DNA of 64,000 bases from a virus. Made by a program: the position numbers and the translations under genes. The stretch lies in the IMG/VR virus record IMGVR_UViG_3300047562_004403, positions 1 to 64,000 of that record; one strand, written 5' to 3'. The notes below the pieces were generated by a model, which was not told the DNA's origin, did no database searches, and worked only from the letters and a program-made list of their open reading frames with translations. Positions 1-9,727 of the stretch are shown in pieces; positions within the stretch are counted from its first letter, which is position 1, and every line of letters begins with the position of its first letter.

Positions 1-1873
1 GAATTTTTACTAAACAATCTTGATTGGCTAACGCCATATCAGAAAAATACGGAATATTTTCTGGTTTTATAATTTCATCACAATCCGATACAAAGAACAC
101 AGTTTTGTCATCAAATTGATTTGTAATCGTTAAAAGACTGTTTAGTAGTAGTCTTTCTCTAGTTCTAGCATTTAAAGAATTTTTATAACTATCATTTGAT
201 CGTCCAGATAACGATCTAAATGCAATATCATCTTCGATATTTTCTATATCTTCATCATTGCCCGGTAACTCAACTTCAAGAACAATAAACTTATCCTCCG
301 GCAATCCCAATTCTTTAATATATTTTTTCGCTAATAACTCCTCTCGTAAAAGACCGCTTTGCGTTCTTGTCCCCTCAAGAATCACAAATTTATCCACGTA
401 ATCCTTTAACATATTAAATCGTAATTCTAGTAATTCTTTTTCATTAAAGAATCTAAAACAATCAATAATTTTTTTACGTTCAGTAGATGATTCCTCCTCT
501 ACTGAGTAAAATTTTTTAATGCTATTTTGTAGATCCTCAGGGAAATTATTAAAATCATACGTTTGAAGTTCCATTTCACCTCTTTCAAAAAGATCTTTTT
601 TATTTTTAATATTGTTCAAAATATTGTCCGTATACTTTATTTTATTATATTCTTGATGAGCATATGCTTCTATTTTTGATTTAATTGTATCTACGCCACC
701 AAAATAAGAAAAATGCCATCCAGCAGATGATATTATGGGAAAATGAATTCTTTGTTCTCTAAGAGTTTGTCCACCTTTTTCAATAGCATTATTAATCGTG
801 GTGATACAAGGGCATGGAATAATATAATTTGATAATATAGTATTAAAATCATAGTAAAAAGTTTTAACTTCTAACGCAGTTTCTAAATTACCACCCGAGT
901 AATTATCTACAATATTTTTAATAATATGTTTATCTGGTATTTCATCGCAATCGCTCAATATAAATATATCATTTTTTGAAAAATTACCCAGATTATCAGT
1001 AATATAATCCCTCTGTTTAAATTCAAGTTTCCAGGTATCATTACTTCTATCAAAGGTATCTACATTTTTGGGAAAATTAAATTCATTTATATTAGGTTCA
1101 TATTTTATACGAATAATTTTATTTCTAATTTCTTCGGGTATTTGTTCCCAAATTTCATCTAGATGATAGGGTTTAGGCTTTCCAGAAAAAGTATAATTAG
1201 ATTCACAAATAATAAAATTATCTACAATATCATTTAAGTAGTCTAAACGAAGTTTCAATATATCAAGTTCATTGAAAAATATAAACGCATCAATAACTTT
1301 TCTATTTGTAGTAGTTGGTTGAAGTCCAAATTTTTCCATGTTTTCATTAATACGGGTTTTATGTTGATCATCCATAAGATGATAATACTTGTCGCGAAGT
1401 AATTGAGATAGTTCTCTGGTCTCTTTTCCTTTACCCCATGGCCAAGACGCTATCATCTTCTGATATATTAATAAATGTTTTCCGGAATACTCTGAAATGT
1501 CTATGTCTTCAATGCTATTACGTTCATAGCACTGTAGTCCCAGATCGGCGTAGATATAACAATTTTGCCAATCTCCGTATTTTTCGTATCTTTGCGAAAG
1601 AAAATAATACGCCTCGGGTCTTTCTGGAAGGGTGATTAACGCGCTCTCCATCAGCACTTTTTCTGTTCCCTCTCTAGAACCTTGTTTTTTATAACAAAAT
1701 GAGGCTCTAATAAGAGCCTTATATGCCAAAACCTTATTCTGAGAACGTTCGGATGCCCTTAGATAGTATGTATGAGCCGCTGCTGTATGGCCTTGTTTTT
1801 CATACCATAAAGCAAGATTATAATTTTTCTGATCATTTTCTGTATCTAGACAAAAATCATTTAATTCATTCAT
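1..1873 (-). CDS. TPR-like N-terminus fused to two tandem GT17-like (beta-1,4-GlcNAc transferase family) glycosyltransferase domains; 3' end lies outside the window
   Basis: Not in the ORF track because it has no stop in the window. Manual translation from ATG 1873 gives MNELNDFCLDTENDQKNYNLALWYEKQGHTAAAHTYYLRASERS. The same frame contains KVIDAFIFFNELDILKLRL...SDCDEIP...GWHFSYFGG and a second copy KIIDCFRFFNEKELLELRF...SDCDEII. Confidence 0.8.
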   Translation of the reverse strand, partial: MNELNDFCLDTENDQKNYNLALWYEKQGHTAAAHTYYLRASERSQNKVLAYKALIRASFCYKKQGSREGTEKVLMESALITLPERPEAYYFLSQRYEKYGDWQNCYIYADLGLQCYERNSIEDIDISEYSGKHLLIYQKMIASWPWGKGKETRELSQLLRDKYYHLMDDQHKTRINENMEKFGLQPTTTNRKVIDAFIFFNELDILKLRLDYLNDIVDNFIICESNYTFSGKPKPYHLDEIWEQIPEEIRNKIIRIKYEPNINEFNFPKNVDTFDRSNDTWKLEFKQRDYITDNLGNFSKNDIFILSDCDEIPDKHIIKNIVDNYSGGNLETALEVKTFYYDFNTILSNYIIPCPCITTINNAIEKGGQTLREQRIHFPIISSAGWHFSYFGGVDTIKSKIEAYAHQEYNKIKYTDNILNNIKNKKDLFERGEMELQTYDFNNFPEDLQNSIKKFYSVEEESSTERKKIIDCFRFFNEKELLELRFNMLKDYVDKFVILEGTRTQSGLLREELLAKKYIKELGLPEDKFIVLEVELPGNDEDIENIEDDIAFRSLSGRSNDSYKNSLNARTRERLLLNSLLTITNQFDDKTVFFVSDCDEIIKPENIPYFSDMALANQDCLVKI

Positions 1874-2843
1874 TGATAAAATCCTCGATGCATTGCTTAG
1901 AAATTCTTAGGATATAAGCCGTATTATCCGTCAGACCAAAGGTTATCAAATAACTATTCTCGTATTCAGTCATTCCACAACAGAACTCGATTCTTGCGTT
2001 TAAAAATGAAAATAACTTTGAAAATTTTTGATTTTTAAAATCTTTATCCCATGTGACAAATCTATGCAAATAAGTAGCATCTTTTCTATCTTGTTCAGAT
2101 CTATATAAGTTTGTCTCATGAACTAAGGTCAAGTATCCGTCATTAAATCTTATAACTTGCGATCCACCTCGCATATCATTATAGCCATGAACATACTCCG
2201 TAGTCACAAACACCTCAGTATCTTCTTCCTGCGTCGGATCAAATTTCATCAGTGCGGTTGGATTTGTCCATTTTAACAGATGAAATGGTTTATCTTGTAT
2301 AGGGGTGCAATTTTTCATGCAATATTCATTATCCGGGGGAGGACCAGGAATTCTAAACCTAGAAACCTCTTTTACATTTGTTCCATCAAATTGAAGTTCC
2401 GAAAGTTCCATTCTTCCGGTCCCCTTTGTATCTAAGTCTCTTCGTACTCCTATGCCATATACTTTTCCATACCATTCTACTAAACGAACATCCTCTAACC
2501 CCACAAAATCCCACTGTGGTTGGTATGTATCAAAGTCAGATGTATCGATCCTAGAATGATAGATATTATTTAAATCTCCATCTAACTCTACGATGTGATT
2601 TGTAGTTCTTAAGTGAAGGTCGTGCTCCGGATGAATATATACTAGAGGTCCCCATATATGCTCATTAATACCCAACTCTGAGTGATATAAAGTATAGTTT
2701 ACATTTCTTATGTTTACTATAATTCGACCATCTTTTACTAGGACCGACGGATTTGTCAAGGATGGCCCATTTAAATCTTGAGCAGGAATTAATAACGGTT
2801 TAATACTTCCCCCGCGCTCCAATGCATACTTAACTAGAGTCAT
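1866..2843 (-). CDS. GH130/DUF377-like five-bladed beta-propeller glycoside hydrolase or phosphorylase
   Basis: Motifs NPSV, GLEDVRL, KNCTP, RGGSQ, IEFCCG and TFGLTD; the stop overlaps the start of the GT gene. Confidence 0.6.
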   Translation of the reverse strand: MTLVKYALERGGSIKPLLIPAQDLNGPSLTNPSVLVKDGRIIVNIRNVNYTLYHSELGINEHIWGPLVYIHPEHDLHLRTTNHIVELDGDLNNIYHSRIDTSDFDTYQPQWDFVGLEDVRLVEWYGKVYGIGVRRDLDTKGTGRMELSELQFDGTNVKEVSRFRIPGPPPDNEYCMKNCTPIQDKPFHLLKWTNPTALMKFDPTQEEDTEVFVTTEYVHGYNDMRGGSQVIRFNDGYLTLVHETNLYRSEQDRKDATYLHRFVTWDKDFKNQKFSKLFSFLNARIEFCCGMTEYENSYLITFGLTDNTAYILRISKQCIEDFINE

Positions 2844-2874
2844 AAATAATTTCTTAAGAAGATTAAACGTTTTC

Positions 2875-3222
2875 CTAATTTATTTTTTCAAATTTTCCAG
2901 AGATTTCTACCACTCTTTCAATAAATTTTTTTATAAATTTTGGATCTGCCGGTATTATATCATGTGAATCATAATCAGTAAACACAGACAAATCCAATAA
3001 AAGCGGAAGGTCAAATTTTGCGCTTTCAGTATCAGGCCAACCACTTTTTACATATGTTAAAAATAATTCCCTCATCCCACGAGGGATAAATCTGCCACCG
3101 ATAAGTTGCCACATCAACCCATCCCAACAAAAAATGTCTCCCTGGGAGATGATGACTATATCCCCCAGGTTTTTATCCTCAGGAAATTGAGCATTACCAC
3201 CACGTAACCGCGTGATATTCAT
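2875..3222 (-). CDS. hypothetical protein
   Basis: 115-aa ORF in a co-directional minus-strand run. Confidence 0.6.
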   Translation of the reverse strand: MNITRLRGGNAQFPEDKNLGDIVIISQGDIFCWDGLMWQLIGGRFIPRGMRELFLTYVKSGWPDTESAKFDLPLLLDLSVFTDYDSHDIIPADPKFIKKFIERVVEISGKFEKIN

Positions 3223-3236
3223 TATGAATCAATCAA

Positions 3237-3404
3237 TCAATCCGAAACTACTTCAGTTTCTGAGATAGGAGTCTCTTCATTTCCGAAAAGTTCTGTAAGA
3301 GTCACTTCCATTTCCTGAATCATCTTTTTCACAAGATATTTATTACCCGAGGATTTTGCGTCGGCATACGCATCGATTTTCATCGCGAGTTCTTCTTTTG
3401 TCAT
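3237..3404 (-). CDS. small hypothetical protein
   Basis: MTKEELAMKIDAYADAKSSGNKYL...; start placed at the ATG downstream of a GTTTATAG motif (3440-3433). Confidence 0.55.
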   Translation of the reverse strand: MTKEELAMKIDAYADAKSSGNKYLVKKMIQEMEVTLTELFGNEETPISETEVVSD

Positions 3405-3412
3405 AATAGTAT

Positions 3413-3420
3413 GTTTAAAG
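3413..3420 (+). promoter_or_regulatory. putative phage late promoter GTTTAAAG
   Basis: Exact motif upstream of the + strand virion operon that starts at 3465; it recurs before many structural genes. Confidence 0.55.
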
Positions 3421-3464
3421 TTTTTCATAGACCTATAAACTAAAAAACCGGAGTTTATTACCCC

Positions 3465-3755
3465 ATGGCCTCGAATATCAAAAATTTCGAGATCTCGAAA
3501 ACGTTCTCAAATGTCCTTCTTTCAAATATCGATGGGCAACCAGATGAGGATGGTATTCCTTTCGATCTAAGTACAGAAGCACGACAGGCGCAGGCCCGTA
3601 TTCAAGACGGAGAGGGTAACCCATCACCTCTGCATATTTCTAGAACTTCTATATGGTCAACTGCTATTCCTGGCGCGCCATTAGCCTTAGTACGTAAACA
3701 AGAAATTCTTGAGGGGATTACGTATTTTCAAACTGCTTCGCTTATCTACGGTTAA
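3465..3755 (+). CDS. putative virion protein
   Basis: First ORF of a tightly packed tail-gene operon. Confidence 0.55.
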   Translation: MASNIKNFEISKTFSNVLLSNIDGQPDEDGIPFDLSTEARQAQARIQDGEGNPSPLHISRTSIWSTAIPGAPLALVRKQEILEGITYFQTASLIYG

Positions 3756-3758
3756 ATT

Positions 3759-4139
3759 ATGACCTATCCAACAAATAATTTTTATTCGTCTACGTATAAA
3801 AACATTTCTGCCAACTCTGGTTCTCCAACGACAATTTTTGATAATAATGATAGTAATTTTATTCCTGATAATGGATACGCAATGATTTTATCGATTATCA
3901 TTGCTAATAAATCACAAACTACAAGGGGGATTTATGCCACTCTTCAAAAATCCGGAATGGTAGAATCGGCATATATACTATATGACGTAGCTCTTCCATC
4001 ACAAACTTCATTTGAAATGATCCAAGGAAATAAACTTGTTCTTAAGCGGGGGGATTCACTAAAAGCTTGGGTTGATTCAGATGGAACTGATCTTTGTGAT
4101 GCGGTTGTTTCCTACGTTATTTATACACCAGCTCTTTGA
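3759..4139 (+). CDS. putative small tail-associated virion protein
   Basis: Beta-rich 126-aa ORF (ILSIIIANK...KLVLKRGDSLKA) in the tail operon. Confidence 0.55.
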   Translation: MTYPTNNFYSSTYKNISANSGSPTTIFDNNDSNFIPDNGYAMILSIIIANKSQTTRGIYATLQKSGMVESAYILYDVALPSQTSFEMIQGNKLVLKRGDSLKAWVDSDGTDLCDAVVSYVIYTPAL

Positions 4140-4145
4140 TAAATC

Positions 4146-6491
4146 ATGAGATATATCGGCCGCACGCAAACATCAACTCTTGTACAAGTTGATCCTGATA
4201 AAAATTCGTATGTAAATATTAAATCATTCGGCGCTGCTGGATTGGATCGTTATTTTGAGGGCCGGGTAGGAGGAGTTGGGGGTAATGGTAATATTATTAG
4301 TATAGGCGATATCGCCGGTTACCCTTCTTTTGAAAAAGAATATTTAAAACTAGATCAAGAGCTTTATGCTTTTTTCTATTTAGAAAATTCTGCGCCTCCG
4401 TTAAGTGATTATGAAAACATTTTTACCAATATAGGTGATCCTTATCCAGTGGGAGATGTCAGAAAAGCGGGCACTCTTACTAGTAAAAGTTTAGTATATT
4501 ACGTTTACGCTTTTAATCCGGTTACAGGTAAATTTTCTCCCTACGCTAAAACATTTACTTTATCAAACGTATATAAAGACCCTCTTACTCAATTTGATGA
4601 AGAGAATTATGTAAGAATCACTTTTACTCGCAAAAATTCACAGTGGTTACCCGTAATCTATAGGCAATGGGGAGCAGGATCTATTAAATTTTTAGGTATA
4701 CCTGGAAATAATATTTTAGGAAATAATACTTCTATATCTTTTAATGATCGAGGAACTGCTCAGATTCCTTCATGGGATGAACAAATATTAAACGAGGGAG
4801 GAGGTAACCCAGAATTATTAGAAAACATTATTATAAATTCCGGAAATTTACTTTCTGCTAAAACAATTATTCTTAAAAGAAGGCTTCGTATTCAAGCAAG
4901 AAGTCAATCTGGGGTTCTAGAATGCGTTGATGCTGATTCCTCCTCGGGTGTATTTACCGATTTAGATAATGCATCTATTAGAGTTAAATTTAAAATAGAC
5001 GATACTCGTCCGATTCAAAAGGCTTTAGAATTTGCGGCTAAAAATAATATAAAAGATATATTTATTCCGTCTGGTACTTATTCTGTAACAAACTTACGTC
5101 TTTACGGATCTGAAATTCAGGCAAAAGAATTTAGCGATATTATAATCAGGGGTTCTGGAGAATCTTCAATTTTGAAAAAGATGCCAACTCATGTAAATCC
5201 TCAAAATCAATATGGATTTATTGGACTTTTAGGATCGGGTATCACAAACAGACCACAAAGAATTACGATTAGAAATTTATCATTTGATGGTAATAAGTCT
5301 GAAGTTTTTTCCATAAATGTCCCAGAAGGTGATACATATGGAATTGGGGATAAATATTCAGATTTTCTGGCGATGGAATATGCCGATGAGGTTCGTATTA
5401 CCGACTGTTCATTTTATGATAATGGAGGTTCTGCCGTATACGCATTAAATTCTGATAAAATTAATTTCACTAATAATCGTGTATTTAGACTATCTAAACC
5501 ATATGAGTTAAATATTTCTCCATTAAAAATTCGTGAATCGAGTAGATTTATTGCTCAGGGGAATCTATTTCAAAATTGTTCTGGTGCTATAGATCTTACA
5601 GGTCTTGATACATCGGTAATTAATAATAATATTATTGAAAATTGTGGTGAAACAGGACTTCAGTTAAATGCGTCTGATACTTGGAATGCTCAAGGTAATT
5701 TAACATTTAATGAGAATGGTTCAATTATAAGATCCATAGATCTGTATCAAAATGACTACAGCCGAGTAAATTTAGATGTTAAGAGAGGCGTTGCAATGAC
5801 CCCGGTCTTTTTTACAGTGACTGATGGGGGATTGCCTGTAGCTATTTCTTCGGGGACGATAAACGCTCAAGTATGGCCTCTTAACTCGTCATATACTAGA
5901 AATACGGGAGCAACTGCAGCCCACTTGCAAGTAATAGAAAGTGGGCCTCAATTAAATGTCGGTATTTTTGGAATTACGGCTCCAATCTCATCATTTACAG
6001 GGTCGGGTACATCCAACCAGGGTAAAAATATCAAAGGTACTAATGACTACGATCTTCTTAAACCAGATGGCAGTTCCTCTGCAAACTATGGATACGGATA
6101 TCGTATCACAGCTAAAGTAACTCTTGGACGGTTTCCTGTAAGAAAAATTGAAAGAGCAGCCGTTAACACGGTAAAAATCTTTTTTAAAAATACTTCTGAC
6201 TATCTTTCATTGGTATATTTTGCAGGCGGAGATATTGATGAAAGCGATGCAATTAAAACTTTTGGAATAGGAGGTATTCCAGGGTCGGCAATTGAAAATT
6301 GGCCTGATGGTAATGAATTTCAAATTCAAGGAACTGATCCTGATAACGCTGCGATTATAATTACTACTCCCAGCCAAGTTTCTTCAGAATTTGTAAATAC
6401 TGGAAGTTTTTATAATACCCCGACAGGGTATATGGGAATTATCAGAGATAATTACTTTGTCTCTGACGGAAATATTTACGTTTCAGATTAA
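4146..6491 (+). CDS. tailspike-like protein with pectate-lyase-type right-handed beta-helix
   Basis: VNIKSFGAAG, DDTRPIQKALE...IFIPSGTY, ITIRNLSFDGNK and repeated NN-F/I beta-helix rungs. Confidence 0.7.
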   Translation: MRYIGRTQTSTLVQVDPDKNSYVNIKSFGAAGLDRYFEGRVGGVGGNGNIISIGDIAGYPSFEKEYLKLDQELYAFFYLENSAPPLSDYENIFTNIGDPYPVGDVRKAGTLTSKSLVYYVYAFNPVTGKFSPYAKTFTLSNVYKDPLTQFDEENYVRITFTRKNSQWLPVIYRQWGAGSIKFLGIPGNNILGNNTSISFNDRGTAQIPSWDEQILNEGGGNPELLENIIINSGNLLSAKTIILKRRLRIQARSQSGVLECVDADSSSGVFTDLDNASIRVKFKIDDTRPIQKALEFAAKNNIKDIFIPSGTYSVTNLRLYGSEIQAKEFSDIIIRGSGESSILKKMPTHVNPQNQYGFIGLLGSGITNRPQRITIRNLSFDGNKSEVFSINVPEGDTYGIGDKYSDFLAMEYADEVRITDCSFYDNGGSAVYALNSDKINFTNNRVFRLSKPYELNISPLKIRESSRFIAQGNLFQNCSGAIDLTGLDTSVINNNIIENCGETGLQLNASDTWNAQGNLTFNENGSIIRSIDLYQNDYSRVNLDVKRGVAMTPVFFTVTDGGLPVAISSGTINAQVWPLNSSYTRNTGATAAHLQVIESGPQLNVGIFGITAPISSFTGSGTSNQGKNIKGTNDYDLLKPDGSSSANYGYGYRITAKVTLGRFPVRKIERAAVNTVKIFFKNTSDYLSLVYFAGGDIDESDAIKTFGIGGIPGSAIENWPDGNEFQIQGTDPDNAAIIITTPSQVSSEFVNTGSFYNTPTGYMGIIRDNYFVSDGNIYVSD

Positions 6492-6513
6492 TTTTTTAAA
6501 TTATTATTTACCG

Positions 6514-6548
6514 TCCTCCTTAGGAAAATCTAAGGGGGGATTTATTAT
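6514..6548 (+). terminator. putative intrinsic terminator
   Basis: TCCTCCTTAG-gaaaat-CTAAGGGGGA hairpin followed by TTTATTAT. Confidence 0.5.
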
Positions 6549-6560
6549 GTACGTAACAAT

Positions 6561-6568
6561 GTTTAAAG
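6561..6568 (+). promoter_or_regulatory. putative phage late promoter GTTTAAAG
   Basis: Exact motif ending 27 nt upstream of ATG 6596. Confidence 0.6.
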
Positions 6569-6595
6569 TAGTTTATATAGAGTTTTCTGTTTAAC

Positions 6596-9500
6596 ATGGC
6601 AGCAAAAGTTAGCGTCGGAAAAACGGCCCCAGTACCTCTAGGTCAACAATCTGCAGCAAATTCGCTCCCGGTGGTATTCGCCGAGGATCAGGCTCCAATT
6701 CCTGTAGAGGAACAAAATAAAATTCAATCAGAAGTGGCTTTAAGCCTTCTTGGTATTCCTCGTTCTGAAGTAGCGCTTGGTATTTTTGCCGACGTCAATA
6801 CATATGACGTTAACCCATCCGAGTGGGCACAATTTCCGTTAAGTAACACTCCCTTGAGTGCCGGGGAAGGCATCTCATCAGGCGTAGAACACATTCCTGA
6901 CGAGGCGGGTGCTAGGTTAGTTGCTCCTGACGTTTCCACCACTGTGTTGACATCTAAGAGATTTTTCAGATATCAGCCTGGACGCGTTTCGGCTTCTACC
7001 ATGGGTGTGAAGATGAACGTCACTAAAGATCCAGAAACAGACCCAACATTAACAGCAGCTGATAGAGCTAGGATGAAAGGAGCCCCATCCATTAAAAAAT
7101 GGGGCATTTTTGATAAGTTTGATGGTTATTATTTTGAGATTGTTAATGGAGGTAAAAAGAATGATTTTCGTTGCGTTCGTCGCACTCAGGCTATAATTCC
7201 TTCAGAGCCTTCGGGATATTCCGGCGCATTAAGTTGGTTTGCAAATGGCGGATCGGAAGATTATAATCCAGAATTTAATACCTCTACTAACTTTGGCGTA
7301 GCGGGTGTTGACCCAGTAATCATCAGAGACGGTTTAGTGTACACCGCGGCTGCGATTTATGACCCCTCCTTAGTATATAAGCCCGGTGATGTTGCTGCTA
7401 TTGATTCTGCAACTGACCCCTCTGGGCGTCTTAAGGATTTTACTCCGGACCCGGGTTATGCTGTAAGACTTGCAACCTATAATGGTTCTGCATTTACAGA
7501 GTTAATGGCCAACCGTAAATTCCAGTTCCCATTCGATCAATCTACAACAGTTGAACTTGATGATGATAAAGATTCGCTCATAGATGGCTATATTCGTCTT
7601 GACGCTCACTGTAACTTCTACCAGATCATCTCGAATCTGAACCGCAAGGCCGACTACACTGGGTTTCCGTCGGCAAAAGACTCTCTTGCCTCTTCGGAGT
7701 GGGGTGTGGACGGATCTTCTATTACATCCTATGACTCCAATATTGTTGCTAACACCTGGGACACCGCTCCTTCCACATCTAACAGCGATAAAAAGGTATG
7801 GCACCTTATGGTGAATACTCAGGGCACCAACTCCAGTTACAGAATTACCGACGGCCAGCATAGTGCCGCTCCTGGCATCCCATCAGCAGTTAAAGCGCGC
7901 TCTGTTACCAACGGTAACGTAACCCTGAAAGAGTGGTTCAATATCTGTGTTCCTGAACCTTATCGTAAGGTGTATGAATGGAGGCCTGTAAGAGCAATGT
8001 TCTCTGGCGACAAACTCGACGGAGAACAAACTGATCTTAGATGGAGTGATGTCAATACTGCTGCTGAGGATAATACGGCTTCGGCGGGTGGGGATCTTAT
8101 AAATAGACCCGGTGAAAAGATCAGAGATGCTAATAATGAAGTAATTCAAATACAATCTGCTTATAGCATTGACTTCACAAAGGTAACTATGTGGAAGATC
8201 GAATTCTCCTGGTACGGTGCTGTTGGTGCTATCTTCCTCTGTTACGTTCCTGTTGGTAATAATGAAGCTCGCTGGGTGCGCGTTCATCACATTCGCGCCT
8301 CAAACCAGCACGCTGTAGCCTCTCTAGGTAACGCCACCCTACCTATCACCTATCTCACCCACGGAGGAGTAGATAGCGGACTTGAAGATACTGATATTGG
8401 TAACACTCTTGTTAAGTACGGTGCCTCTTATTATATTGATGGCGGAGACAAGGGTACTGTTCGGCTTCTTTCTAAAGCTTCAGATTTTCAGCGCGAAGTA
8501 CCCAGAGGATTTTATGATTTTGCCGCTGGTAGTGGATGGGCTCTAGGATCATCATCAAGAGCCAGACTTGAATACTCTGTAACAACCCATCCTAATCTTT
8601 CTGGAGAAGTTGCCGTGGGACTTATGGGCGCTTATTTGGAAGGCGATTCTACAGCAAAAGTTAAGTGGATTACTCAAGATGGTGATAATATTACTCTCCA
8701 TCTAACCACTCCTTCTCTTCCGGTTAGTAATGCTTCCCCTGTTCGACTAATTATCCCTAGAGCTCAACGCTCTCTACTCACCGTCCGTGCAAAAGATTTC
8801 ATCGTTAACCGAGACGGTAAATCAGTTAGAAATCGTTTACAGATTTATCCAATTAAATACGGAGCGGGTATTACTGGCGGAACTTCAGGTGAACTTATAA
8901 GCTTGAGAGCAATTAAAAATCCACTATTTATTGTTACTAATACAGACACTAACCTAGGATCCTCTGTTTCTTACACCGGAGTAGGAAACGTACAAACTAA
9001 TTCCGATATTCCCTACGTTAATACGGGTAATTCAACTCTTCCGGTAGAAGTACAGTTTGATTCTGGTACACCATTTACCGGGAATAATCAATACAGATAT
9101 GGTTACTTTTTAGGCACCACTAATTCTAGCGTAGCTGAAACTGGTTGGACCGCAGGAACAAGTGATCCCAATCTATATGAACCAATTCTTGGTAAACTTT
9201 ATAGGGAGAATGGAATCTTAAAATTTGAGAAATTTTTCTCCTATCCTGATCCTATTTATATTGTTGGATTGTTTATTCCTGAGAGACATCTTCTAGTTAA
9301 TTCAGAAGGTGTTCCGGATGAATTTAAACTTCTTAATGCCTCAGGAGTTAGAGACACCGAAGACTCTACGGATCAAACAAAATGGGATAAACTTAAAGAA
9401 GACGGACTAGCAAATTGGGAAGATATTACGCGTCTTTCTGGTGTTCAAATTGCTCAGGATTTTCAACTTACTCCTGTTCCTGATACGGGAATTGAAATTC

Positions 9501-9721
9501 TTAATTATTATGCTAACGCCGGCGGATATCAATTTGATCTACAAGATTATTTTGCCTATAATAAAGAATATCTTTCTTTCCCCCTTACAGATGAGGTAGA
9601 TATTATTAATTTCCAAGCACATTACGATATTTCAATAACAACTCCAGCCTCATCTCAAGCTAATGAAACTATTAATAATCCATTCAAAGTTAACAACGCA
9701 CTAACCTGGGAGGAGCAGTGA
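6596..9721 (+). CDS. large virion/tail protein (paralogue of 9728-13966)
   Basis: 1041 aa; shares FRYQPGR, KIEFSWYGA and KYGASYYIDGGD blocks and a C-terminal EQ with the next gene. Confidence 0.7.
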   Translation: MAAKVSVGKTAPVPLGQQSAANSLPVVFAEDQAPIPVEEQNKIQSEVALSLLGIPRSEVALGIFADVNTYDVNPSEWAQFPLSNTPLSAGEGISSGVEHIPDEAGARLVAPDVSTTVLTSKRFFRYQPGRVSASTMGVKMNVTKDPETDPTLTAADRARMKGAPSIKKWGIFDKFDGYYFEIVNGGKKNDFRCVRRTQAIIPSEPSGYSGALSWFANGGSEDYNPEFNTSTNFGVAGVDPVIIRDGLVYTAAAIYDPSLVYKPGDVAAIDSATDPSGRLKDFTPDPGYAVRLATYNGSAFTELMANRKFQFPFDQSTTVELDDDKDSLIDGYIRLDAHCNFYQIISNLNRKADYTGFPSAKDSLASSEWGVDGSSITSYDSNIVANTWDTAPSTSNSDKKVWHLMVNTQGTNSSYRITDGQHSAAPGIPSAVKARSVTNGNVTLKEWFNICVPEPYRKVYEWRPVRAMFSGDKLDGEQTDLRWSDVNTAAEDNTASAGGDLINRPGEKIRDANNEVIQIQSAYSIDFTKVTMWKIEFSWYGAVGAIFLCYVPVGNNEARWVRVHHIRASNQHAVASLGNATLPITYLTHGGVDSGLEDTDIGNTLVKYGASYYIDGGDKGTVRLLSKASDFQREVPRGFYDFAAGSGWALGSSSRARLEYSVTTHPNLSGEVAVGLMGAYLEGDSTAKVKWITQDGDNITLHLTTPSLPVSNASPVRLIIPRAQRSLLTVRAKDFIVNRDGKSVRNRLQIYPIKYGAGITGGTSGELISLRAIKNPLFIVTNTDTNLGSSVSYTGVGNVQTNSDIPYVNTGNSTLPVEVQFDSGTPFTGNNQYRYGYFLGTTNSSVAETGWTAGTSDPNLYEPILGKLYRENGILKFEKFFSYPDPIYIVGLFIPERHLLVNSEGVPDEFKLLNASGVRDTEDSTDQTKWDKLKEDGLANWEDITRLSGVQIAQDFQLTPVPDTGIEILNYYANAGGYQFDLQDYFAYNKEYLSFPLTDEVDIINFQAHYDISITTPASSQANETINNPFKVNNALTWEEQ

Positions 9722-9727
9722 TCTTCC

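Noticed and set aside
1438-1917. Plus-strand ORFs 1438-1635 and 1723-1917
   Set aside because: They are antisense shadows of the long minus-strand TPR-GT17 gene.
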